In this document: positions 54,275 through 64,000 of the stretch, piece after piece
How the letters are laid out: the number at the start of each line of letters is the position of its first letter
Position numbering within the stretch: the stretch's first letter is position 1
Assembly (NCBI GenBank): GCA_051599415.1
Contig: AP039695.1
Location: 434,001-498,000, forward strand
Length of the DNA: 64,000 nt
Direction of reading: 5' to 3'
Source of the DNA: Savitreella phatthalungensis
Taxonomy: Eukaryota
Made by a program: the position numbers and the translations under genes
Notes under the pieces: generated by a model
What the model was told of the DNA's origin: nothing
Databases searched by the model: none
What the model saw: only the letters and a program-made list of their open reading frames with translations

Positions 54275-55891
54275 TCACATGGGACTCATGAGGTAGGCGT
54301 TGAGAGCTTTGAGCCAGGCACGTGCAGGCTGACAAACGATTCCACCTGGTCTCTGAGTAGCAGCAGCGAGATGAGTGACTTGGGCTGTCCAACGTTGGAC
54401 CAACGGCTTATCGATCTCATGCCTCTTTCTACGATCCGCTCTCATGTACTCGCCACCGTCCTCAGCAGCATCGCTGAACAGAACGGCAAGCATAATCGCC
54501 CCAGTGCTTGCCTTCGTCTTACACAGATCGTCGTCCGTGAGCACGACTTTTCGAGAGCCGTGCAACGCCGCATACGCGCCAGCGATGGCCGATAGAATGG
54601 GCGTGATGAGCCTAGCATGAGTGACAGAGCCATCGATGGGGATGTGAAGGTAGTTTGGTGGAGACTTGGAGTCCTGAAACACGGCATGTTTCAAACTCAG
54701 GTCGATCACGAGATCATAGGTTTCGCATAACGCCGGCGACATCTGTGCCGCTAGATGTATGCCTGTCCCTTCCCCGATGGTCAAGACGTTTGGCGATTCT
54801 CTGGTCTCCAGGTCGCTGAGGTTGCTGGGTGCGAGAGCACGGACTCTCGCCACAAGCTCGTCGATGCGCCGTTCCATCAGGAATTCTCTGGGCGTGTCGT
54901 CAGTAGGGTCGTTGTCGAACGACAGTAAGTCAGTCGGATGCGAGTGCAGCATCGACGGGGTCAACCCACGTGACCAGAACTCCTCGTCATCGCCAGCACC
55001 CTGCACGTAAGTGCGGCCGCGTGATCGCTCGATTCCATCAGACACAGCACGCGACGCCGTCACCAAAACAACCGGCAGAAACGGCAGCTCTGCAGGATGT
55101 GCCTGCGTGAGCGTAGATGCAGGTGTGACCCACAGTGGCCGGAGTGGTCGATCCTTCAGGTATGGCGCAACGTCACAGGCCACGTTCATGAAGCTACCAG
55201 AGACAATGTCATCCACAAAGCCATCGATGACCGACTCGATGGACGCTTTCTCAGATGCCGAGACAGCCTGTCGAGGCACATGAAGAGCTAGTGCATCCTC
55301 GTCAATCAACCAGCTGGGTGGATCTTTCAGGTGAGAGGCAATTCTGGAGACCGCGCGATTGAGGACGCAGCACCAGATGGGGATTGTCTTGGTAAGGGCG
55401 TCTGGCATGGACTTGCCCTTGCGTGTGGAGTCGACGATGACGATGCCGTTATGACGTGCAGCGAGACAGAGCACGTGGAGGTTCAGGCGCCGGCGGGAGA
55501 ACGCCCACTTGCCATAGTGTCCGTCGGTCGACTTGAAGTAGCACGTGGAGATGGGATTTGGAACGTACCAGACGCCAGCGCGTTCATTCGCAACTGCCGG
55601 CAGCTTCCATGCTGCAGCCGCATCAGACACAAACGAGGAATCTTCTCGGATACTGAGCAATCGATCATATAGCCCTCGAGTGCTCTTGCGAATGTCTTTC
55701 CGGACTTGCACGAGATCCGATGCCCAGGTCAGCGACGCACCAAGGACACAATTTCTGGAAGAAACAGGATCTGCGGCAGATGGAGCGCGTGCTTGGATGC
55801 TGAGGGACGAGAAGAGAGCATCTGCTTCAGCTGCTTCTTTTGGAGACAAGACGTGCGGGAGTTCTTCTGCATCGAGACTATCTTCCGACAT
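54275..55891 (-). CDS. RIT1: Initiator tRNA A64-2'-O-ribosylphosphate transferase
   Basis: RLLSIREDS, ANERAGVWY, YFKSTDGH, VDSTRKGKSMPDALTKTIPIWC, YVQGAGDDEEFWSRGLTP; start ATG 55891. Confidence 0.95.
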   Translation of the reverse strand: MSEDSLDAEELPHVLSPKEAAEADALFSSLSIQARAPSAADPVSSRNCVLGASLTWASDLVQVRKDIRKSTRGLYDRLLSIREDSSFVSDAAAAWKLPAVANERAGVWYVPNPISTCYFKSTDGHYGKWAFSRRRLNLHVLCLAARHNGIVIVDSTRKGKSMPDALTKTIPIWCCVLNRAVSRIASHLKDPPSWLIDEDALALHVPRQAVSASEKASIESVIDGFVDDIVSGSFMNVACDVAPYLKDRPLRPLWVTPASTLTQAHPAELPFLPVVLVTASRAVSDGIERSRGRTYVQGAGDDEEFWSRGLTPSMLHSHPTDLLSFDNDPTDDTPREFLMERRIDELVARVRALAPSNLSDLETRESPNVLTIGEGTGIHLAAQMSPALCETYDLVIDLSLKHAVFQDSKSPPNYLHIPIDGSVTHARLITPILSAIAGAYAALHGSRKVVLTDDDLCKTKASTGAIMLAVLFSDAAEDGGEYMRADRRKRHEIDKPLVQRWTAQVTHLAAATQRPGGIVCQPARAWLKALNAYLMSPM

Positions 55892-56950
55892 GTGATCAAA
55901 CACGTGCTTTGAGCATCTCCCGTTCAAATGATCTCCCGAAGCGGAATTGTCTGACGAGAACTTCGTGTCCGACTATCGAGACTACTCGTTCGACATAGCC
56001 GTTCGAGGACTATACCAGCAGGACTCTCTGAACAGGACTTGCGTGTGCTTGTACTTGTGGCTAGGCTTCAACATCCGTTCCATGTAGTCTCGAGTGTGCA
56101 TTGACAAAGCCGGTGTGGACTTCCAACAGTGCAAATGCTGGCCGAATGCACAAACAATTTAGTTGTTGATACAAGAAACGAGGCAAATGAAGGAATGCAC
56201 GGTAAAGCAGGCTAGGAACTCTCAAACGGCAACCTATGCGCATGTGTCTGTCAATGGACATTCTCCTGTTCTCATTCTGAAACGTCACTGTAAACTATTG
56301 GTGTCGAGATCACTGTCACCATGCTCTCCATCCTCTCTCGATCATTCTCGGCATGATGTCAACGACAATCCACTTTGGAGTGGATCTCTTACCTCTGACT
56401 CTACATAGTACACACCATCCTCTTTCGTCATCACACAATATCCGTCTCAGATAAGCAGAGCCCGTGAAGTCTGACAGCACAACAGAACAGGCCATAACGT
56501 TAAAGACGTCAGACACTGCGCACTGGATACTGATCTGACGCGAGTTCAGACGCGTAGTCTCTCTTCCCGAGAGCTCTGGATTTGACAAAACCCCTCATGA
56601 AAGCTGTCAAAAGCTACGACGGTGAGGAAATTTCATGCTCTCTTGTTGATCCGTGTCTTAGACAATTGTGGAAGACTCAACTTCGTGCTCGGTCAGTATA
56701 CACCTCGACACGTCCAAAACTCTTATAAGAAGCGCTAGCTATAGACACAAGCTCGAGTCCAGAGCTCTGTGATCACGAGTCTGGCGAATCACCATCTGGG
56801 AGTGGAGGTGACCCAGTACAATCCAGTCTGAGCAAGCTGTGTTCGTCACTCACATCGAAGGCTGGGAGCTCTTCAACTTTGCAAAACGGCATTTGGTCTT
56901 GTTTGACCCGCGCTTTTCATTTCAGTTTGAGGCTGTCAAATTGAGACATA

Positions 56951-59644
56951 ATGGGGTCATCAATGAGCCGAGCTGGACGCTCGTCAAGTAGAGCTTGTTC
57001 TGCCGTGGATGGCGTGCCCGGCCAGCGAGATTATTCGATTGACGAAATCCCGAGAAGCGAATCGTTCCTTCAACAAGAAGACTCAACGCTATTGGACCTG
57101 CCGATGCAACCGCGGCGGAGATTGGTCTCACCTCATTACGTAGGCCGCTTCGAAGCCGAGGATGAAATGAATAGGGCTGCGGAAATGATCTCGAGGACCT
57201 TGCTCCCTGAGCGGCGTAGTCTATTGCTGGCTCCACCACCTGGTACACAGACACGACGGCAGATTGAAAGGCCCGCATTTGCGAAAGCGCCTCGGAGTGG
57301 TTCAGAAAATCTCCACACAGCGCAACTTGAACAAACTTACCAATTTTCCGGGTCACGAAAGTGGCAATCCCCAGCACGACAAAATGCCCTCGCACGCAAA
57401 GACAATGAGCAGTACAATGCTCGACTGAGACATAGCAAAACTTTCAATGGTGTCTCACTTGCGCATACTCTGTCCTACCGTGCATCATTGTCTCATTTGC
57501 AGGACAATGTTCTCGAAAACAACGAAACCCGGGATATGAACAGCCATTTCGTCGAGACAGTAAGCAGGCAACAGCAAAAACCACGCCGGTCAACGACTGG
57601 TTCGACTACATTTGCAAATGAAGAGCTTAAACTCAGATGCTTCTTGCCAAGCAATTTCCAGTCTTCTAGTGATGTTACCGACATACGGAAGCAAGCGCAC
57701 AATGCGCCAGCATACCTAAATGAGCACTCACATTGGCACGCTGCAGCTCAGGAGCAATCGTCGGCAACAGCTAATCAAAGTGCAGCTGTGGCGCCGTCAC
57801 TGCCTGAACGGACTCGTTCATTACCAGACCCAAAAGCTGCTGCGGGTTTGCTACGGTCCCAGACGTTGACGTTCGATGCTTACGAAGCTCAACGAGAAGG
57901 TCGCTCCCTGCGAGTGGTCAACGGCGCGCCGAGCCCGTGTCCATCGACACCAGATAGCGTACCTAGACCAGCAGCAACACGAACTGGGCAAGGCTATCCT
58001 CCGGAGGCTCGTCTGAGACAACTTCAAGATCTTAATGATGAACCTCAAGGCAATGCGTTTCAATGCAAGAAAGCGAAGCAGCCTTGTAGCCAAGCATCCT
58101 CTCCGGTACCAAGCTATAATAGCCAGCCAGCTACCCACTTTAGACGGGTCAGCAGCTCGCAAGAGAAGCAAAAGGCGTTCTCACAGGCTCAATCAGCGAC
58201 TCCGGCTCGTCACTTACAACGCCGACTCAGCAGCTGGTCGAATTTGACTGGCATGAAGGGCTTCCGCGTATTCAAACGCAAAGCAAAGCTTGATGACACT
58301 GCGGACGCGACGAGTCAACCGGATCGACTGATCAGTGAGACAAGGCAGGCCGACGGGCTCTGTATCCGTGACTCCGGCAGAGAATACAGATACTCGGAGC
58401 TTGCGATTGATGTACGCAACACCGTTACAAATGTCCTACAGCAGTCTGATGCCGAAGGATCTTCGAGGAGACCACTCTCGGCGCCGCGTCCTCGTTTGGC
58501 AGCAATTCAAAGAAATCCACCTGTATTGCCGCATGACATCAAGGGCAAGTCCCCGGAATCACAGTTTCGTCAAGCGCATACAGAAGCACCGTCTCCTGAC
58601 TCGCCGAGATGGAGTCCTAGCGATCAGTCCATTGGCTGGTCTTCACGTGTCCCGATCAAAGCGAAGCGTGCTCGCACTCTCGCAGAGATCAAGGCTATAC
58701 GAGCTTCTTCTCCAATGTATTCGGGTCCAAACGCTATTGACTTTGATGAGCTGAGAGAAGCGCTTGCTGTAATGGAAGCTGCTGATGAAGCAGCAGCGAC
58801 CCGAGACCCGCAATTATCACCTGCACTGAGCATGACACGGAGTCTATCGTCACGCTCGCGATTTAGCGTCACAGTCGGAGGTGTGCCCCTGACTCCCAGC
58901 AGGCGGAATCCATCTAGCTCAAGCGTTAGCGCTCCAGTTTCTCCTGGCGTTCGGAGTGTCAGTGGTGTCCTCGAAGGCGTTGCCGAGAGCCCAGCCTCGC
59001 TGACGAGCAGGAGCACAATCGGTAGCTGCTCGCCACGCTCGCAAACATCCTTACTAAGCTTTCCACGACAGTCCCCCTCACTCCGACCTGAGGATAACTA
59101 TGGCGTCGCCACTTGCCAGCCGCGACCCATTGGCGTGTTCTACTCCCGGTCTGGCAACCTTGACGAAATCGACTTCCGTCTCCGTCCTCGTCTCGAGCAG
59201 AAGTCAGCAGAGACAACACAAGCCGCTGCGTCTGAGAAACACGAGCCATTCGTCGTCTCTCTCGCGCAAGCGGACGAGTATACCGCACAGCGCGACACTC
59301 GTCGTGCACGGCGCGATGCAGCTCGCTTGTCAGCTATCACTGCCAGCAGCAGTGATGACTCTGTGGCAAGCTTCTACTCAGCTCCAACCGATCTTTCCGA
59401 CTCCCACCAGAACTACTCCCATCTTAACAAACCTGCAAGTCAGAGCCACCGCCCAGGTCGTCATCACTATCGCTCCGGCAGCCGACTGGACTCTATGTCG
59501 ACGCCATTTAAAGTGTATCGTATCCCGGCGGTGCCGAAATCGACGGACCGAGACAGCTCCAAGGACGTCCGGGCTTCCGATGACCCGGGCCACGGAAGTT
59601 CCGGACGGTCGGCGTCGTTACAGCCTCTTCAGTCGAGGACGTGA
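56951..59644 (+). CDS. Hypothetical 897-aa Ser/Arg/Pro-rich, largely disordered protein
   Basis: Long uninterrupted ATG-initiated ORF filling the space between RIT1 and UTP13; no recognised domain. Confidence 0.75.
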   Translation: MGSSMSRAGRSSSRACSAVDGVPGQRDYSIDEIPRSESFLQQEDSTLLDLPMQPRRRLVSPHYVGRFEAEDEMNRAAEMISRTLLPERRSLLLAPPPGTQTRRQIERPAFAKAPRSGSENLHTAQLEQTYQFSGSRKWQSPARQNALARKDNEQYNARLRHSKTFNGVSLAHTLSYRASLSHLQDNVLENNETRDMNSHFVETVSRQQQKPRRSTTGSTTFANEELKLRCFLPSNFQSSSDVTDIRKQAHNAPAYLNEHSHWHAAAQEQSSATANQSAAVAPSLPERTRSLPDPKAAAGLLRSQTLTFDAYEAQREGRSLRVVNGAPSPCPSTPDSVPRPAATRTGQGYPPEARLRQLQDLNDEPQGNAFQCKKAKQPCSQASSPVPSYNSQPATHFRRVSSSQEKQKAFSQAQSATPARHLQRRLSSWSNLTGMKGFRVFKRKAKLDDTADATSQPDRLISETRQADGLCIRDSGREYRYSELAIDVRNTVTNVLQQSDAEGSSRRPLSAPRPRLAAIQRNPPVLPHDIKGKSPESQFRQAHTEAPSPDSPRWSPSDQSIGWSSRVPIKAKRARTLAEIKAIRASSPMYSGPNAIDFDELREALAVMEAADEAAATRDPQLSPALSMTRSLSSRSRFSVTVGGVPLTPSRRNPSSSSVSAPVSPGVRSVSGVLEGVAESPASLTSRSTIGSCSPRSQTSLLSFPRQSPSLRPEDNYGVATCQPRPIGVFYSRSGNLDEIDFRLRPRLEQKSAETTQAAASEKHEPFVVSLAQADEYTAQRDTRRARRDAARLSAITASSSDDSVASFYSAPTDLSDSHQNYSHLNKPASQSHRPGRHHYRSGSRLDSMSTPFKVYRIPAVPKSTDRDSSKDVRASDDPGHGSSGRSASLQPLQSRT

Positions 59645-59736
59645 GCACAAACCCCGTATACAGTTATTCACTCGTTGTAGCCCGTCTTTTGTACACTTAG
59701 CATTTGACTATCCTGCTCTACTCTGACAGGCTGATT

Positions 59737-62286
59737 CTACATCTGATCGTCTCCACCGGCGATCAGTGACCCAGCAGCACCCATTTCCTTCAGGGTGAAG
59801 TCCACCAGATAAGATGCTGCGACGAGGTCTGATACGCGAGTGTAGTGCCTCTCGGTGTATGCAAGTAGTGGATCTACGATGGTTTTGAGATCGTTTGCTG
59901 CCTTTTGGGTCACTCCATCTGCAGCATTATCGTCGTCGTCGTTATCGTGGGTTTCGTCATCAGGTGACTCAACACGCGTGCGCGAGAGCGACATGAGCTC
60001 TTCCGCTCCATACGCATGCAGGACCGCTGACAGGACTGCTTGAGCGACAGAGGATGTCCTGGCGTTGGTGTTCCAGTCGCGGACGCGTTCAAGGAGTTTC
60101 GCTAGACGAGGTTGTCTCCTTTGTGGAGTCACAGAGAGCATGAAGTCTGGGTCCTGGAGGACGGCATCGACGGCGTAGAGTCCCGTGGCGGAGTCCGGAT
60201 CGCCGTCGGCGTTGCGTCGTTCGAGGACGTCGGTGAACAGAGCGAGGAGTTTTCCTGGACGGTCTAGTTGCAGGGCAAGTTGGATGGCTTGCTTCCAGTC
60301 ACCGCGACGGACGACATTCTCCAGGCGCTGTTCGCGCTCGATGCGTCGCTCGTCTTCCGCTGCGCGTTTCGCAGCCGTCTCTGCAGTGACGTCCTCCCAG
60401 ACGGTGACCACGGAATCACCACCGCCAGAAACGATTGTCTTCCCATCACCAGACACCGACAGCGACCATACACGGTCAGTGTGGTTGTCGAGGGTGGTGA
60501 TACATTCCGAGGTCTTGCTGACCGCATCCCAAACCTTCACGAGACCGTCACCGCCGGCAGAGACGAGTTGGCGACCGGCGTTGAGCCAGCGGAGTTTCAG
60601 GACGGAGTTTGTGTGCCCTTCGAGCGTTCGGATGCACGTGTAGTCGTGAAGAGCCCAGATCTTGATGCTTCTGTCACCAGAAGACGTTGCTATCGTCTTG
60701 TCGTGCGCTGAGAATCTGCAGTCCCAAACACCTCGTTTGTGACCTTTCAGCACGGCGACCACACTTCCGGTCGATGCATCCCATAATTTACACAAACGGT
60801 CCTGCGAGCACGATGCAATCGTCGAGTCATCTGGCGACAGGTCGATGGCGTTGATGTCGCGATCGTGTGCTTTGACGGTCCACTGTGAACGCTTTGGATT
60901 AGTGGGAGACCACGACTTGAGCGTCAGGTCATTCGAAGCCGTGTACAGTGTCTCGGGTAAAGCTGCTTCGTCTTCTGCGGTCAGTGGCGTGCCAGACGTG
61001 AGCTTCGCCAGAACGTGGGCTGTAGGGACGCGAGCGAGCGCCACTGCAGTGACATTGTCGGTGTGTCCAGCAAACGAAGCAATGCATGTCTGGGTCTGCA
61101 GATCCCATATCCGGGCAGTGTTGTCCTTGGCGCCGGTTGCCAGAAAGCGGCCACTGTAGTCCGTGTCGATGGTGAGGATGATTTCAGAGTGTCCTGTAAG
61201 GACGTCTACAGCATTTGTCGCCGGGTTCAGCAAATGTAGATCTTCAGAATTCGAAGCGACAGCAAGTCTGTCTCCGCCAAGGACATGCGTGACGTCAATA
61301 ATCTCGTCAAATTGCCCAACCGTGCGCCGCAGAATTGGCAGCTCTTTACTTGCCAAAGAGTGTGTGATAATCGTCTGATTCGTGCTGACAGACACCAATT
61401 CGAGCGCCCCATCAAGTACTTGGGCTTGCTGAATAGCGACCTCGGTCGTGGCTTCGTCTGCAGATACTGCAACCTCTCTTCGTGTTGCGAGGTCTAGCAC
61501 ACGCACCCTGTTGCGTTCTCCGCCTAGGAAAATCAGGTCTGCTTCGAGGCCCAACGCTCCCTCAGGCAAACAGCCAACGGTCTCGATCGACTCGTAGACT
61601 GGAACGGATGCTTTCAATTTCATGGTCGTCAGGTCCCAGATATTGACGAGCTGATCGCGCCCGGCGGAGACAAGCGTCTTTCCATCTACATCGAAATCGA
61701 GTCCGCGGACAACAGAGGTATGGCCATTGTCGAACTGTCCCACGCATGTCGATTTGACGAGGTCCCAGACACGTATCCGGCAGTCGTCCGCACCAGAGGC
61801 CAGGTACCACCGCGTTGAGCCGGCGCGGCCGTAGAAGCGTAAAGCCGAGACAATGCCACCGTGTCCGCGAAAGTTGTGAGTGACGAAACCGCCTGCGAGA
61901 TCCCATACTTTGACAAGGCCGTCTGCACCTCCAGTTGCGAGCAATGTGGATGTGGAGTCGATTGCGAGTGTGATGACTGGTGCATCATGTGCTTTCGCAC
62001 TGCGGAGCAGCTTGCCGGACGGCAGGCTGTATGTGCGGACAAGGACTGATCGTGATGCTACGACGACGTAGTCACCATCAGGAGCGACTGCAATGCTCGT
62101 CACAGGCTCTCCATCGCCCTTCAGGTAGATCACCTTTGAGCCTGTAGCGTACTCTGTGATCTGAACGCCATCACGCAGCGTTGTCGCCAGCAAGCCTCCA
62201 CCCAGACCGACCGGACCGCCAGTATAAATTGGCGATGTCTCGGATACTACTGCGTAAGAGCTGCGCAAGCCCTTGGCAGGAGCCAT
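59737..62286 (-). CDS. UTP13: U3 snoRNA-associated WD40 protein Utp13
   Basis: PIYTGG, THNFRGHGG, many WD repeats, LKGHKRGVW; C-terminal RDWNTNARTSSVAQ...YTERHY Utp13 domain. Confidence 0.96.
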   Translation of the reverse strand: MAPAKGLRSSYAVVSETSPIYTGGPVGLGGGLLATTLRDGVQITEYATGSKVIYLKGDGEPVTSIAVAPDGDYVVVASRSVLVRTYSLPSGKLLRSAKAHDAPVITLAIDSTSTLLATGGADGLVKVWDLAGGFVTHNFRGHGGIVSALRFYGRAGSTRWYLASGADDCRIRVWDLVKSTCVGQFDNGHTSVVRGLDFDVDGKTLVSAGRDQLVNIWDLTTMKLKASVPVYESIETVGCLPEGALGLEADLIFLGGERNRVRVLDLATRREVAVSADEATTEVAIQQAQVLDGALELVSVSTNQTIITHSLASKELPILRRTVGQFDEIIDVTHVLGGDRLAVASNSEDLHLLNPATNAVDVLTGHSEIILTIDTDYSGRFLATGAKDNTARIWDLQTQTCIASFAGHTDNVTAVALARVPTAHVLAKLTSGTPLTAEDEAALPETLYTASNDLTLKSWSPTNPKRSQWTVKAHDRDINAIDLSPDDSTIASCSQDRLCKLWDASTGSVVAVLKGHKRGVWDCRFSAHDKTIATSSGDRSIKIWALHDYTCIRTLEGHTNSVLKLRWLNAGRQLVSAGGDGLVKVWDAVSKTSECITTLDNHTDRVWSLSVSGDGKTIVSGGGDSVVTVWEDVTAETAAKRAAEDERRIEREQRLENVVRRGDWKQAIQLALQLDRPGKLLALFTDVLERRNADGDPDSATGLYAVDAVLQDPDFMLSVTPQRRQPRLAKLLERVRDWNTNARTSSVAQAVLSAVLHAYGAEELMSLSRTRVESPDDETHDNDDDDNAADGVTQKAANDLKTIVDPLLAYTERHYTRVSDLVAASYLVDFTLKEMGAAGSLIAGGDDQM

Positions 62287-62713
62287 GTCAGATCAGCTGA
62301 GAGGGAAGTTATAGGTCCAGGTGACGAATCCTTCAAGCTGGCATCGTGTTGTCAATGAATCTGGGTTGAGTGCTGACAGCCTTGCAAGATGTCTATCGAG
62401 CTGTACAGTGCCGCTGATGCTAATGACAGAGGATGGAAGATGAAGGTGATGACGATGATGAAGCTGCCCGCGTGAAGGAGTGAGTGAGTGAGTGTGCCTG
62501 GCTGCACTGTATACGATCAATCTTTCTGACCATGTATTGATCACGTGAACACTAATTTGGATTTCCCCGTGCGCAAGCTTCAATCACATGCAATTGACTG
62601 ATCCTTTGTACAAGGATGCACAGAGAAGGTTGAAGTCATCAGGATGCTCTTCATCTCTAGCTTGACCCCCTCTTCTGACAGCATAACTGTAGTTTAGCTG
62701 CTCATATACGAGG

Positions 62714-64000
62714 ATGTTTGACCTGTGGAACGCTGATGACTTCTTCAGCTGGAAACCCGAAGCCGATGGAAGTTCATTGACTCGGAAGGGCGCGCTGAAC
62801 GAGACCGGCTTCTACCGGTATGCAGCCAGTGAAGTCAATGGACCTTCTGATATGTTTGTACGCGTCCGGCTACGATTCAAGGATGGAAGTTTGCTTACAG
62901 ATCATGAGATTCGGCGTGTGTGGCTTGCTCTGAGACTACGCCATCCACTGCTCGACACCACTTTCTTGTACAACGAGGGAGGCGAGAATGGTGCTACAGC
63001 ACGAGAGCTACCGCTGGACATCGTGTACAGGCATCAAGGTGCGGAAGAACGAGCCGAGTCAGCATTGGCCATCGTTACTTTACAGGATGAGTCAGAGTTA
63101 GACTGGGCTCGCCGACGCAATGAGCTGACAAATGGCGAAAGACGCATTGCAGACACCAGGGTTGCCAGATTAGTTGTCTATCGAACAACTGACGGCAGCG
63201 TCGCCGACTTTGTGTTTCTCCTCGCCCATGCTATCGCAGATGGCGTAAGCTCGATCGTTCTTCAAAAGGATCTGGTTGACCTCGTGACGGGGGCGGCGAA
63301 CTGCGAAATACCTTCACGAGCATGGACGGAAGGGAGATTACCACCTGGCTTAGAAGGATGTCTACCGCACACGCGGCCCGCAGGCGCTATCGCTCCTCAC
63401 CGACCCAAAAAGTCCGCGAAGCAGAGGTGGCACGAAGCTTTCCAGTACGCTCTTTGGGAAGTAAGGACTGCGCGACGCCCTTCACCGCCGATGCACTGGC
63501 CGTTCTGGCAAGCTGTACCGGAGACTCGTCAATCAATCCGCCGATTCGATGTTGCACAGTCAAAACGTATCATTCGTGCGTGCAAAGCCCATGGCGTGAC
63601 TGTCGGTCATCTGATCTACGCTGCCGCCACCGCGGCCTTCACAAACATCTCGATCGATCTGGCGGAAGGCAGACTCACAGATGACACGATCGATCTACAA
63701 TTACCAAGACCCCTGGGAGCGACGAGCGGCATCACGACGTTTGCGGTCGGCACCCCGATGAACGCACGGGGCTATTTGCGCCGACCGTGGCGGACAAATT
63801 CGGCGGAGAGTCGAAGGAGTGATTTGTGGATGACGCTGGCGTTCCTCGACTTGCCTGTGCCGTGTGTGGAGGTGAGGCGAGACACTGCATCAACAGGCAC
63901 GCGGATGTGGGCGCTGGCCAAGGTCGCAAAGAGACTGACCCGCGCGGCGACGAACGACAAACATTTCGCCGACCAGATGTACATCACGCAGGAACGCCGC
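62714..64000 (+). CDS. CoA-dependent acyltransferase (alcohol O-acetyltransferase/condensation-like fold), 3'-truncated
   Basis: Manual translation: MFDLWNADDFFSW...VWLALRLRHPLL...FLLAHAIADGVS...SKRIIRACKAHGVTVGHLIYAA...VGTPMNARGYL, open to the window end; HxxxDG motif. Missing from the ORF track because there is no stop in the window. Confidence 0.85.
   Translation, partial: MFDLWNADDFFSWKPEADGSSLTRKGALNETGFYRYAASEVNGPSDMFVRVRLRFKDGSLLTDHEIRRVWLALRLRHPLLDTTFLYNEGGENGATARELPLDIVYRHQGAEERAESALAIVTLQDESELDWARRRNELTNGERRIADTRVARLVVYRTTDGSVADFVFLLAHAIADGVSSIVLQKDLVDLVTGAANCEIPSRAWTEGRLPPGLEGCLPHTRPAGAIAPHRPKKSAKQRWHEAFQYALWEVRTARRPSPPMHWPFWQAVPETRQSIRRFDVAQSKRIIRACKAHGVTVGHLIYAAATAAFTNISIDLAEGRLTDDTIDLQLPRPLGATSGITTFAVGTPMNARGYLRRPWRTNSAESRRSDLWMTLAFLDLPVPCVEVRRDTASTGTRMWALAKVAKRLTRAATNDKHFADQMYITQERR

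Noticed and set aside
54269..54277. RIT1 stop TGA-CAA readthrough-like context
   Set aside because: Followed at once by TAG; it would add only two residues and no targeting signal.
1..64000. CRISPR arrays, tRNA/rRNA genes, transposons
   Set aside because: I saw no repeat-spacer arrays, cloverleafs, rRNA segments, TIR/LTRs or transposase/RT ORFs.

Overview
Gene-dense, intron-poor fungal (ascomycete) chromosomal DNA. The compact intergenic regions, few short GT-AG introns with CTRAC branch points, short mitochondrial bL27 and RIT1 would fit an early-diverging Taphrinomycotina-type yeast (inference). It holds 30 protein-coding genes, nearly all housekeeping: GCN1 (5'-truncated), NIPA Mg transporter, HDA1/clr3, COX5, KES1/OSH4, LIN1, SSL1, VTC2/3, APE4, MAG2/RNF10, RPL7 (2 introns), BUR1/CDK9, ETF-alpha, SEC6 (2 introns), RPN8, DCW1/DFG5, SPC24, PEP12-like syntaxin, USE1, TRS20, MRP7, V-ATPase subunit f, IMP4, UBX5, GPI11, a CFEM-GPI protein, RIT1, an 897-aa orphan, UTP13 and a 3'-truncated HxxxDG acyltransferase. 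I recognised no transposons, tRNAs, rRNA or CRISPR. The most striking feature is the RPL7 locus. Intron 2 hosts a snR39B-type C/D snoRNA. The 830-nt intron 1 can be folded by hand into an elaborate RNA with three hairpins carrying the same C-UGUGAA-G apex, a candidate autoregulatory element or undescribed ncRNA. Other oddities are a probable frame switch in the RPN8 tail, a 9-ATG microsatellite keeping SSL1 and LIN1 in one frame, and dual-start APE4.
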